This document shows positions 30,921-40,798 of a stretch of DNA of 54,842 nucleotides, piece by piece. Within the stretch, counting starts at the first letter, position 1, and each line of letters opens with the position of its first letter. The notes under the pieces are model-generated. The model made no database searches. It was not told the origin of the DNA and saw only the letters and a program-made list of their open reading frames with translations. The position numbers and the translations under genes are program-made. The DNA comes from Magnetococcales bacterium. GTDB taxonomy: Bacteria > Pseudomonadota > Magnetococcia > Magnetococcales > UBA8363. The stretch covers positions 1 to 54,842 of the forward strand of contig JADFZF010000003.1 of assembly GCA_015232645.1 (NCBI GenBank), read 5' to 3'.

Positions 30921-31772
30921 ATGCCCCGCCACCTCTTGTTCAATCTTGTCCCGTCCATCATGTCGCTCATGCTCGCTTTTTCATGGCCAAGCCACGCCCA
31001 AGCCAATTCCTGGGTGGCCTATTACTCAGACTCTGAACCTGAAACCCGTTTCGAATCCTTTCGTCTGATCGTTTTCGACACCATGTTCCATCCGCCGCTG
31101 CAACGATTGAAAGAACGGGGAAAGACGATTTTAGGTTATTTAAGCCTGGGAGAAGTGGAAAATCATCGCCGTCATTTTGCCTGGGCCAAGGAAAAAAACC
31201 TGTTGTTGATGGAAAACAAAAACTGGCCGGGCAGCTATTTTGTTGATGTCAGAAATCCGCAATGGACCGAAATGATTCTGGAAGCCGTCATGCCGGAAAT
31301 TTTGCAACAAGGCTTTCGAGGCATTTTCGTTGATACCATGGACAATCCCGGGTACCTGGAGGATCTGGATCCAGAACGATTTCGCGGCATGCGCCAGGGA
31401 GGAATCGATCTGATCAAGGCATTGCATCGGCATTATCCCCACATTCCCATCATGATCAATCGAGGTTTCGACCTTTTGGACCATCTGCTTTTCGATATCG
31501 ATATGATTTTGGTCGAATCCATCCGCAGCCATTACGATACCACCACCCAAAAATACGTATCGACCCCCGATGCCGACTATGAGGCGCATCTGAGAAAATT
31601 ACGACGTTTCAAGGAGATCCGCTCTCGGATCGAGCTGTATTCTCTCGACTATTGGGATCCAGCCGATCCGGTGGGCATCGCCTCCATCTATCGCCAGCAA
31701 CGCAGCCACGGGTTGATACCCTACGTCGCGACCAGGGAGTTGAACCGACTTGTACCCGAGCCGCGTCCATGA
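30921..31772 (+). CDS. Endo-alpha-1,4-polygalactosaminidase (PelA hydrolase domain, GH114/GH166-like)
   Basis: Signal peptide AQA; YLSLGE, GIFVDTMD, INRGF, LVES motifs as in the PelA N-terminal domain. Confidence 0.88.
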   Translation: MPRHLLFNLVPSIMSLMLAFSWPSHAQANSWVAYYSDSEPETRFESFRLIVFDTMFHPPLQRLKERGKTILGYLSLGEVENHRRHFAWAKEKNLLLMENKNWPGSYFVDVRNPQWTEMILEAVMPEILQQGFRGIFVDTMDNPGYLEDLDPERFRGMRQGGIDLIKALHRHYPHIPIMINRGFDLLDHLLFDIDMILVESIRSHYDTTTQKYVSTPDADYEAHLRKLRRFKEIRSRIELYSLDYWDPADPVGIASIYRQQRSHGLIPYVATRELNRLVPEPRP

Positions 31773-34141
31773 GACTGTTTCGGTTGATTCTATGCGCTAC
31801 TTATGCAACTTTTTTGCTATCGGCGGCAAAAGCGAATGCCGAAGCCCCCCCCGTTTCGATTCCTCGTACCATACTGGCGTTTTATGATTCCAAACTCAAT
31901 AACGGCGAGGCCTGGTTCGGCCGCACCCATAAGTTTGCGGAAATGCCACTCAATTACCTTGGTTTGCGCCTGCGCTACATCGATACTCGGCAACCGCTCC
32001 CCGAATTGTCGAGCCTGTCCGATATCCGGGGGGCGATCATTTGGAGCAGAACCAATCAGATCGAAGATCCAGAAGCTTTTCTTGAATGGGCTACCCGATT
32101 CGTGAAGTCCGGAAAACGCCTGGCCTTGATCGGTGCCCCACCCTGGTCAACCAACCTCAGGGGGATTCCGCCGTCGGGCATCCTGACCGCGACTTTCTGG
32201 CAGACCTTTGGTTTTTCCTATCGTGATCAATGGGTCTCCTTTACCCATGACATGGAAATCATTCGTCAGGATCCCGAGGTGATCGGATTCGAGCACCAAC
32301 TACCCAAACCATTGCCGAGTTATCAGGAAATCCTGCCCGACAGCCCTGATGCTCAATTACACCTTCTGGTTCGTCGGGGTGGGACGGAAAAACAAGAGCA
32401 TGTCCTGGTGGCCACCACACCTCGGGGTGGTTTTATCGCCGCAGACTATGCGATCTATATGGACCAGGATCCCTTCGAGGATCATCAGTTTGTTCAGTGG
32501 ATCATCAATCCTTTCGAGTTTTTCCGACTTGCCTTTGCCACCGACGATCTGCCCAAGGCGGATGTCAGTACCTTGTCCAATCGTCGACTCTACTACAGCC
32601 ATATCGACGGCGATGGATTGCGTAATCTGACCGAAGTCAAACCCTACAACGATAAACGAATGACTGTCGCCGAGGTCATTCTTGAAGAAATTATCAAGAA
32701 GTATCCTGATCTTCCGGTTACTTTTGCACCGGTTGTCGGCGACATCGATCCCAACTGGTACGGTTCCGACCGTCATCTCTCCATCGCCAGAGCGCTCTTG
32801 GCCCCCCCCCACGTCGAGGCAGGCAATCATACCTTGAGCCATCCTCTGGACTGGGGTTTTTTCGAAAACTTCGACCCCGTTCGCGAAATTCCTTATCTAA
32901 AAAACTATCCGGAACGGGAGGATTCTCTATTGGCGAACAATATTTTAAGTTTTTTTGGTTTCAAAAAACACCGCCCATCCCATCATTTTGATGCCGCCAT
33001 GGGGAAGGAAGGGGAAGAAGAGGATGGCCAGGAAAACAGAGACTCGACACTGAAGAAAGAACGTTACAGCGATTACAAGACTCCCCGATCCTACGCCAGC
33101 AAACCATTTAATCTGCATGAGGAAATCGAAGGATCGAACGCGACCATCAAGAAGCTGCTACCGACGAACAAGGAGATCAAACTACTGCAATGGTCGGGAA
33201 ATACCTTGCCGTTCAAAGAGGCCCTACAGATGACCCGCGGGGCGGGAATGAGAAATATCAACGGCGGTAATACTCGTTTTGATGGCAAATTTCCATCGGT
33301 GGCCTGGATTGCCCCGCTAGGCCGGAGTGTGGCGGGGGAGTGGCAGTGTTATGCCTCCTCAAGCAATGAAAACACCTATACTAATTTATGGACCGAGCAA
33401 TTTTCCGGTTTTCAATATTTGATCCATACCATCAAAAACACGGAAACTCCCAGAAGATTGATTCCATTCAATATTTATTATCACCTGTATTCCGGAGAAA
33501 AGCTGGCCAGCCTGAATGCCTTGAAAAACAATCTGAATTATGCCCGTTCGCAATCCCTGGCGCCGGTAGAAGCGAGTTATTATTCGGCGATTGCCGATGG
33601 GGCCATCCAGGCCAATTTTGTCCGATTGCCCTCCGGGGCGGTAGAGGTTCATGATCGGGGCCAGCTGCAAACCATTCGTTTTGATCGCTCCACCTTGAAG
33701 CAAATCGATCTGACCCGTTCCAGGGGGGTGACGGGTCAACGCCATTTTCAAGGCAGCCTGTACGTCGCCCTGGATCAGGAGGTCGCCGTCCCCGAGATCA
33801 TGATTGTCCCCTATCTGACCCCTGCCAAACCGCCGCCATCGCCGCTGCCTTATCTATTGGAAGGTCGTTGGCGCATTTTTGGCCTGAAACCACTGGCATC
33901 CCAAGGGTTTGAATTTTATGCCCATGGCTATGGTTGGGGCGATATGACCTGGTATGTTCCCCAATGGGGAAGTTACTCCGTGACCGTCTATGACCTTCAG
34001 GAAAAACCTCTGTTGCAACAGCGAGCGGTGAGTACGGATGATGATGGTTTGATCCGGTTGAATCTTTCGGTTTCGGCCATGGACAAGGTACGGATCGTTG
34101 TTTCATGGCAAAATGGGGTGGACGGCTATGATCGTCGGTAG
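31769..34141 (+). CDS. pelA: PelA-like polysaccharide deacetylase (PelA lacking its hydrolase domain)
   Basis: SHIDGDG, HTLSHPLDW, WSGN, NGG, NENTYTNLW, YYHLYSGEKLASL; signal peptide; ATGA overlap with the hydrolase gene. Confidence 0.82.
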   Translation: MRLFRLILCATYATFLLSAAKANAEAPPVSIPRTILAFYDSKLNNGEAWFGRTHKFAEMPLNYLGLRLRYIDTRQPLPELSSLSDIRGAIIWSRTNQIEDPEAFLEWATRFVKSGKRLALIGAPPWSTNLRGIPPSGILTATFWQTFGFSYRDQWVSFTHDMEIIRQDPEVIGFEHQLPKPLPSYQEILPDSPDAQLHLLVRRGGTEKQEHVLVATTPRGGFIAADYAIYMDQDPFEDHQFVQWIINPFEFFRLAFATDDLPKADVSTLSNRRLYYSHIDGDGLRNLTEVKPYNDKRMTVAEVILEEIIKKYPDLPVTFAPVVGDIDPNWYGSDRHLSIARALLAPPHVEAGNHTLSHPLDWGFFENFDPVREIPYLKNYPEREDSLLANNILSFFGFKKHRPSHHFDAAMGKEGEEEDGQENRDSTLKKERYSDYKTPRSYASKPFNLHEEIEGSNATIKKLLPTNKEIKLLQWSGNTLPFKEALQMTRGAGMRNINGGNTRFDGKFPSVAWIAPLGRSVAGEWQCYASSSNENTYTNLWTEQFSGFQYLIHTIKNTETPRRLIPFNIYYHLYSGEKLASLNALKNNLNYARSQSLAPVEASYYSAIADGAIQANFVRLPSGAVEVHDRGQLQTIRFDRSTLKQIDLTRSRGVTGQRHFQGSLYVALDQEVAVPEIMIVPYLTPAKPPPSPLPYLLEGRWRIFGLKPLASQGFEFYAHGYGWGDMTWYVPQWGSYSVTVYDLQEKPLLQQRAVSTDDDGLIRLNLSVSAMDKVRIVVSWQNGVDGYDRR

Positions 34142-34300
34142 CCATTGGTTGGGATTGAAAGTCGATTGGAACCATGGGATCGGCTTCAGGCTGTCCGCCG
34201 AGTGGGGGCAGCAAAACTTATTTCCAGAAAAACAATCGGGTGTTGATTTGTCCGTCGAATTATGGCACCAAGACCGACACGGCATCCGTGAGGAGAGGGC

Positions 34301-34852
34301 ATGGGGAAGGGGTTATTCAAAATCGGTATGACGGGACTGCTTTTGACCGGGATCCCCGGCCAATGGCTATTTGCGACGCCCATCCCGGCATCCCCGTTCG
34401 TGGTGGTTCCCCCTGGAGGCCCGGACAAGTGTCTCTCGTGCCATGGATGGCGACAACCGGATCCGACCCCACGAACATTGAAAAAACCCCACGATACCAT
34501 CGTGTTGACCCATTGGCCGCAACCGGGCCCATGGTGCGGCCAATGCCATGACCTGAAGCAACCACGGCGATTGTTTTTATACAACGACCAGTCGGTGGAC
34601 TTTAGGGAAGGGTATCGGCTGTGTGGTCAGTGTCATGGGGCCAAGGTCACGGACTGGATGTTCGGGGCCCATGGCAAACGGGTGACCGATTGGCGGGGAC
34701 CGCGCAAAATTCAGGCCTGTCGCGTCTGCCACGATCCCCATCAACCCCAAACCAAACCTGTGGTTCCATCGGCCCCCCCAGCCCCTCCCGGGACCAGTCG
34801 GGAATGGAATCCGGTGGTGCCGCCAACTCATACGCTGGCCACCTCCCCATGA
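34301..34852 (+). CDS. Small tetraheme cytochrome c
   Basis: Four CxxCH motifs (CLSCH, CGQCH, CGQCH, CRVCH), additional His residues, N-terminal signal-like segment. Confidence 0.88.
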   Translation: MGKGLFKIGMTGLLLTGIPGQWLFATPIPASPFVVVPPGGPDKCLSCHGWRQPDPTPRTLKKPHDTIVLTHWPQPGPWCGQCHDLKQPRRLFLYNDQSVDFREGYRLCGQCHGAKVTDWMFGAHGKRVTDWRGPRKIQACRVCHDPHQPQTKPVVPSAPPAPPGTSREWNPVVPPTHTLATSP

Positions 34853-35775
34853 GTCCCGACCCTCTTTCCCCTCACGGCCACCGACGCCGTACCTTGCTCC
34901 GAGGGTTGGCAGCGGTCGCTGGTGCCGCTTCCGCTACTGCCGCCGCGGTGGAAACCGAGGGACCTTCCTCCTGGGCGGATGCCTTGGATCGCCTGTTACA
35001 ACAACATTTCGTCAGGATGTCCGCCTCCGAGGTTCAACAGGCCTTACGTCGAATCGAACGCGAAGCCCTGCGGCAACACCGAATCCACCTACAATGTGAT
35101 GCCACACAACCGCTGGATCAAGTCCGTTTTGCCCAAGCCTTGAATCTGGCGGTGTGCAAAGGGAGCCGTCGTTGTGTCGAAGCATGCGTGCGGGAAAATA
35201 ATTGTGGGCGTGGTGGTGCCCTGGAAAATATTCGCGTCCTATCCTTGATGGGAATGACAACGGAGTTGGAACAGGCCAATCCTTACTTCAATCCCCCCCT
35301 GGTCCCGGAACCGGGGCAACGATATCTGCCGATAAGTTGCCAACAGTGTGACCACCCGCCCTGTGTTCAGGCCTGTCCGGTTACCGCCACCTGGAAGGAA
35401 CCCGATGGCATCGTCGTCATCGACTACGACTGGTGCATCGGGTGTCGATACTGTAGCGTGGCCTGCCCCTATGGTGCTCGACATTTCAACTGGAGCCAGC
35501 CGCACATTCCCGCTGACGATTACCAACCCATCACCGATTACCTGGGCAATCGCCCCCGGATCGGAGGCGTGATGGAAAAATGTACCTTTTGCCTGCAACG
35601 AACCCGGAAAGGGTTGCTTCCCGCCTGCCTGGAGGCCTGCCCGACCGGGGCGCGCATCTTTGGCAATCTGCTGGACCCCAGTTCCGAAATTCGTTACGTT
35701 CTGGAACATAAATCGGTCTTCCGGCTTAAAGAAGAGTTGGGAACTTCTCCAGGTTTCTGGTATTTTACTGGGTAG
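34849..35775 (+). CDS. Tat-exported 4Fe-4S dicluster electron-transfer protein (NrfC/DmsB/DsrO-like)
   Basis: RRRTLL Tat motif; CKGSRRCVEAC, CQQCDHPPCVQACP, CIGCRYCSVACP, CTFC..PACLEACP; LKEELGT; ATGA overlap with the cytochrome gene. Confidence 0.9.
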   Translation: MSPDPLSPHGHRRRTLLRGLAAVAGAASATAAAVETEGPSSWADALDRLLQQHFVRMSASEVQQALRRIEREALRQHRIHLQCDATQPLDQVRFAQALNLAVCKGSRRCVEACVRENNCGRGGALENIRVLSLMGMTTELEQANPYFNPPLVPEPGQRYLPISCQQCDHPPCVQACPVTATWKEPDGIVVIDYDWCIGCRYCSVACPYGARHFNWSQPHIPADDYQPITDYLGNRPRIGGVMEKCTFCLQRTRKGLLPACLEACPTGARIFGNLLDPSSEIRYVLEHKSVFRLKEELGTSPGFWYFTG

Positions 35776-36069
35776 CGGGGTGCGAATAAGATGGCCGATG
35801 AAATAGCCTTCTATTGATGATGGCATACATTTTTTTTTAAATGCCACGAGAATATCGCCCCCGGGGGGATGTGAGGCGCTGCATTGATACTGGAAATGAT
35901 CCGGAGGTGAACAAACGGGTTTTTACCCTCCTATTCACGACCATGCAAACTCCGACAATAAAAAGTTCTTTTGGGAAGAGTATTGACCAATCATCTCCCT
36001 GCCCATGAACCAATCCCAACCACTCCAATCCGAATGTACTGATCCTCGCTTCCGATCGGGAGTGCCAGA

Positions 36070-39003
36070 TTGAAACCCGTGTCATTGGCAACACAATTTT
36101 CCCGGTGGATGATCGGTTTTGCTGTGGTATGTTTTGTCGCCATTGCCCTGATCATGGACCATTTTCAGGACCAGGACCGTCAGACCCTGCTCCAGGAACA
36201 GGCGCAGCAGATTCTCGACCTGGTATTCCGCTACCGTTCGGCGCAGGAGATCGATGGCTACAACCCTGATGGGACCAGTCCATGGTGTCGGGTCCATCGA
36301 TATTCCAATATCACTTCCAAAGCCCATTTTCTCATTAAGAATGTCAGCACCCATCCTCTTAATCCACTCAACTATCCCTCAACCGCGGAACAAAAAATTG
36401 TTACCGATCTTGACAACGGAGAAACACCGCGATCCTCGGGGACGGCCATCCATCTCGAAGGTGGTCCATGGTACGTCCAGGCCCGGCCAATACGATATTC
36501 TCCAACGTGCCTGAGCTGTCACAACAACTCCGGAACCGTGACAAGAAAGGTGGGAAAAAACACGGGATCGGGACACGGGGCCCCGATCACCACCGCAACC
36601 CTGGTTTATATCGATCCGCTCTATTTTTCCAATTCCACCTATCTGTTTTCCAAACCGGCCCTGATGATCACGGCTGCTTTCCTGACGTTGGCTTGCACCT
36701 TCCTTTGGATCGTCCTGGTCAAAAGGACGCTCCACCCACTGGCACTGGTCGGCCAGGCCATGGAACGCTTTGTCTCGGCCCCCGAGGAACAAAATTTGCT
36801 CCCCTTGCCGCTTCCCGTCGAGGTGGACCGGTTGAATCGATCCTTTTTACAACTGGGACAGGATCTGTTGCGCTCACAGTCTTCACTGAACGCCGGTCTG
36901 AAGGAATTGGAAGAGGAAGAGAATCGCTTCCGTTCGCTGACGCACGCGGCCGTCGATGCCATCATTTCCGTTGACGAAAATGGCAACGTCAGTTCATGGA
37001 ACCGGGGAGCGGAACGAATATTCGGCTACTCTGAACAGGAAATGATGGGCAAATCCATCACCCGGTTGATTCCGGAAAAACAGATTCACAACCATCTGAG
37101 TGCCTTTGCCGCCGCTGTGGCCACCGGAAATACCCGCCATCGCGGAGAAACCATGGAAGTAAGCGGCTTGCACAAAGATGGTCGTCTCGTGGCGATCGAA
37201 ATTGTGCTTTCAACCTGGTCCCTGTCGGGACGGAGACATTTTTCCGCAATCATTCGCGATATCGGCAAAAGAAAAAGGAATGCTGAAAAAAATCATCGCG
37301 ATTTCATGTCGCGCATGGCCATCAACAGCATTCTGGAAGTGGCCTTGAAACCTCTTCCCCTTCACGAACAACTGACCCGTTCATTGCAAATCATTCTGGC
37401 GGTTCCCTGGCTGGCCTTGCAATACAAGGGGGCCATTTTCCTGGTCAATCCAAAAACCGGTAAACTGGATTTGACGGTGGAGCAGGGGCTTGGGGAAGAT
37501 ATCAAACTCCGATGCCGGGAAATACCAATGGGCTCTTGCCTGTGCGGGCAAGCGGCAGAAACCAAACAGATCGTTTTTTCTGGAACATTGGATAACCGTC
37601 ACTCGATTCGTCTTCCCGACATGTCGCCTCATGGACACTACTGCGTCCCAGTTTTGATGGATGACCGTTTACTGGGGGTGGTCAATCTGTACCTTCTGGA
37701 GGGACATGTTCGGGAAGTTGAAGAAATACGCTTTTTGGAGACCGTCGCGCAAACCCTGGCCGGGATGATCGATCACAAATTGAATGAACGCAAACTGCTC
37801 TATCTCTATCAAGCCATGGAGCAAAGTCCCGTCAGCGTGCTGATTACCGACCTGAATGGGACCATGGAATATGTCAATCCAACATGCTGCCGGGTGACCG
37901 GTTATGAAGCTGACGAGCTGCTTGGGAAAAATCCCAACATCATCCAGTCGGGACAAATGCCCGACGCCATCTACCGATCCTTATGGAGTACCATTCTGGC
38001 CGGCAATGTCTGGCATGGCGAGTTGCACAATCGCCGTAAAAATGGCGAACTGTTTTGGGAAGACGTTTCCATCAGTCCCATCCGGGACGATAATGGCCAG
38101 ACTCAATATTTTCTGGCGGTAAAGGAAGATGTGACGCAACGCAAACAGCTGGAAAATGCATTGGCCGACCTGTTGAGTTCCCTTGATGTGCGCGTCATGG
38201 AAAGGACTCAAGAGTTGAATGCGAAGGTGGCGGAACTGGAACAGACACGCAGTGAGTTGGTCAAGAGTGAGAAAATGGCCTCCCTGGGACGACTTGTGGC
38301 CGGGTTCGCTCACGAAATCAATACTCCCATCGGCGTGGCGGTGACCGGCTTTTCCTTGATCGGGGAAACACTGAATATCATGGAAGACCTGCTCGCCCAC
38401 GAAGAAGTCCAGGAAGAGGAATTTCGACAAGTCATCGCCACCATCCGTGAAGCGGCCGATCTCTCCCTGGCCAACATTACCCGCGCTGGAGAATTGGTCG
38501 CCAGTTTCAAACGGACCTCCGTGGATCAAAGTTCTGATATCAGAAGATTATTCAACGTTCGCGAAGTGGTCATGGACGTCATCCGTTCGTTGCACAGTAA
38601 ACTTAAAAAAACAGAAATTACCCTGGATGTGATTATCGATCCGGCGTTGAATATGACCGGATGGCCCGGTCTGTTGGAACAAATCTTGACTAATTTTATC
38701 ATCAACAGCCTGCTGCATGGTTATCCATCCGAACAGCCCGTGGGCCGGATCACCATTATGGCATGCATCGAAAAGGGCGAAATGTTGTTGGACTATGCCG
38801 ATGACGGCGTCGGGATGGAAGAATCGGTACGCGGTTTTGCCTTCGAACCATTTTTTACCACCAAAAGAAGTCAAGGAGGTAGTGGATTGGGTCTCTATTT
38901 GTGTTACAATATAGTTACTTCCAAACTGAACGGCACCATCACCTGCAGCAGCTCGCCTGGGCAAGGGGTCCAATTCCACATTGTTTTTCCAGTTTCAGAG
39001 TAA
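36070..39003 (+). CDS. Sensor histidine kinase with periplasmic heme-c (DUF3365-like), PAS, GAF, PAS domains
   Basis: TM-PLNPLN..CLSCH-TM, PAS, GAF (CLCGQAA..HGHYCVP), PAS, EKMASLGRLVAGFAHEINTP, EPFFTTK..GSGLGL. Confidence 0.92.
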   Translation: MKPVSLATQFSRWMIGFAVVCFVAIALIMDHFQDQDRQTLLQEQAQQILDLVFRYRSAQEIDGYNPDGTSPWCRVHRYSNITSKAHFLIKNVSTHPLNPLNYPSTAEQKIVTDLDNGETPRSSGTAIHLEGGPWYVQARPIRYSPTCLSCHNNSGTVTRKVGKNTGSGHGAPITTATLVYIDPLYFSNSTYLFSKPALMITAAFLTLACTFLWIVLVKRTLHPLALVGQAMERFVSAPEEQNLLPLPLPVEVDRLNRSFLQLGQDLLRSQSSLNAGLKELEEEENRFRSLTHAAVDAIISVDENGNVSSWNRGAERIFGYSEQEMMGKSITRLIPEKQIHNHLSAFAAAVATGNTRHRGETMEVSGLHKDGRLVAIEIVLSTWSLSGRRHFSAIIRDIGKRKRNAEKNHRDFMSRMAINSILEVALKPLPLHEQLTRSLQIILAVPWLALQYKGAIFLVNPKTGKLDLTVEQGLGEDIKLRCREIPMGSCLCGQAAETKQIVFSGTLDNRHSIRLPDMSPHGHYCVPVLMDDRLLGVVNLYLLEGHVREVEEIRFLETVAQTLAGMIDHKLNERKLLYLYQAMEQSPVSVLITDLNGTMEYVNPTCCRVTGYEADELLGKNPNIIQSGQMPDAIYRSLWSTILAGNVWHGELHNRRKNGELFWEDVSISPIRDDNGQTQYFLAVKEDVTQRKQLENALADLLSSLDVRVMERTQELNAKVAELEQTRSELVKSEKMASLGRLVAGFAHEINTPIGVAVTGFSLIGETLNIMEDLLAHEEVQEEEFRQVIATIREAADLSLANITRAGELVASFKRTSVDQSSDIRRLFNVREVVMDVIRSLHSKLKKTEITLDVIIDPALNMTGWPGLLEQILTNFIINSLLHGYPSEQPVGRITIMACIEKGEMLLDYADDGVGMEESVRGFAFEPFFTTKRSQGGSGLGLYLCYNIVTSKLNGTITCSSSPGQGVQFHIVFPVSE

Positions 39004-39006
39004 ACA

Positions 39007-40566
39007 ATGAAGATTATCCGCAAACCGCAGCATGCCGCCGAGCATTCTGTTGCCGGGAACTGGCCTCCGGATGAGGCTGCGGCCCCCTGGCCCATCCTGG
39101 TGGTGGACGATGACCCCGATGTGTTGGCCATTACCAGAATCAGCCTCAAGGATTTCCGATTTTCCGGGAGGGGTGTCCAATTGCACTTTGCCCGCAGCTC
39201 CGAAGAGGCTTTGAAGATCTATCACAGCGTTCCGGAAATGGCACTGGCCCTGATCGATGTGGTCATGGAAACCGAAGATGCAGGTCTCCGATTGGTAGAG
39301 GTCATCCGTAAAGAAATCAAGGATCATACCATCCGGCTGATCATCCGCACCGGACAGCCCGGACACGCCCCGGAGCGTGTCATCATCGATAATTATGATA
39401 TTGATGATTATAAAGATAAGACGGAACTGACATCGAACAAATTATATACTACGGTCCGTTCCGGTCTAAAATCATATCGCGATTTAAAATTGTTGGAACA
39501 CAATCGCCAAGGTTTGGAAATGGTCCTCAGGGCCGCCCCGGAAATGTATCTCCATTCGCTGGATCAGCCGGATCAGTTCTTCCTGGAGGCCTTGGTGCAG
39601 ATCATCCGAATGTGTGAAACCGCATGCTTTCTCAGCACTTCTGGGGGGGAAAAACACGAGCGGATTGGCGGGTTCATCGCGATTTACAATCGCGATGCCC
39701 TGGAAGTGCGTGCGCGATGGAAGTGGCACCCCGTAGAAGAAAAGGCCGAGCTAATATGGTTGACTCAAGAGCTGAACAAGATGGGAATCCAGACTGGCTC
39801 GGGGATGTCCGTTCTGTCCGATGGCCGGGGGATCCTGCCGTTGACGGTGCATGGCTCCCTCATGGGAGTGGTCTATCTGGAGAATGTCGCCCATCTGGCG
39901 CAAAGCGAGAAACATCTCCTGGAGTTGTATGCCGTACAGTGTGCCGGCGCCATGGAAAACCTCCGTTTGCATAATGCCTTGGCCGAAGCCAACCACAATG
40001 CCATGCGCATGCTGGCGGTGGCTGCCGAGTTCAAGGATACCGAAACCGGCGATCACGTCAAACGCCTGGCACGCCAAACCGTGGAGACCGCTCTTGAGTT
40101 GGGTTTTTCCCAGGACGAAGCTCAGGAAATGGGACGTGCAAGCGTCATGCACGATATTGGAAAAATCGGTGTCCCCGATGCCATCCTGCTGAAACCGAAT
40201 CAATTAACCCGGGACGAATTCGAAGTGATCAAATCCCACCCCGGGATTGGCGCTTCCATTTTGGCCGAAGGCGCCAATTTTAAAATGGCACTGGATGTGG
40301 CCTTGTCCCACCACGAGCGTTGGGATGGTACCGGCTACCCCATGGGGCTCAAGGGAGAGGCTATCCCTTTGCCGGCACGCATTGTTGCGGTGGTGGATGT
40401 CTTCGACGCCTTGATCAGCGTCCGACCGTATAAAAAGGCTTGGTCTGTCCTGGAAGCACTGGGGGAAATCGAAAAATTAGCCGGGACGCACTTCGATCCC
40501 AGGGTCGTGGAGGCCTTTCTTCGAACCCATCGCAATCGCAGAGAAAAACGGGGGCAGACGGGATAA
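39007..40566 (+). CDS. Response regulator REC-DUF3369-HD-GYP cyclic-di-GMP phosphodiesterase
   Basis: LVVDDD/LIDVVM receiver, IRTGQPG, MHDIGKIG, HHERWDGTGYP, DVFDAL, RPYK. Confidence 0.92.
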   Translation: MKIIRKPQHAAEHSVAGNWPPDEAAAPWPILVVDDDPDVLAITRISLKDFRFSGRGVQLHFARSSEEALKIYHSVPEMALALIDVVMETEDAGLRLVEVIRKEIKDHTIRLIIRTGQPGHAPERVIIDNYDIDDYKDKTELTSNKLYTTVRSGLKSYRDLKLLEHNRQGLEMVLRAAPEMYLHSLDQPDQFFLEALVQIIRMCETACFLSTSGGEKHERIGGFIAIYNRDALEVRARWKWHPVEEKAELIWLTQELNKMGIQTGSGMSVLSDGRGILPLTVHGSLMGVVYLENVAHLAQSEKHLLELYAVQCAGAMENLRLHNALAEANHNAMRMLAVAAEFKDTETGDHVKRLARQTVETALELGFSQDEAQEMGRASVMHDIGKIGVPDAILLKPNQLTRDEFEVIKSHPGIGASILAEGANFKMALDVALSHHERWDGTGYPMGLKGEAIPLPARIVAVVDVFDALISVRPYKKAWSVLEALGEIEKLAGTHFDPRVVEAFLRTHRNRREKRGQTG

Positions 40567-40798
40567 TGAGCCGCAGCGCTCCATCCCGTCATGAGGCATG
40601 GCTCGGACCCCTAAGACCGATGGACGAAACAATCTTGGCAATCCATCGAGTCTTAAACCGCACTAAAAATGCCCCCCTTCCCAACCCCATCCGCACTACC
40701 ATGCGTGAAACAACCGAAGGTCAACCATCCATAACATCCTAATCGTATTAAATAGAATCATTGATTGTTTGAACGCCCCCTGAGAGAGGAGAATCACA

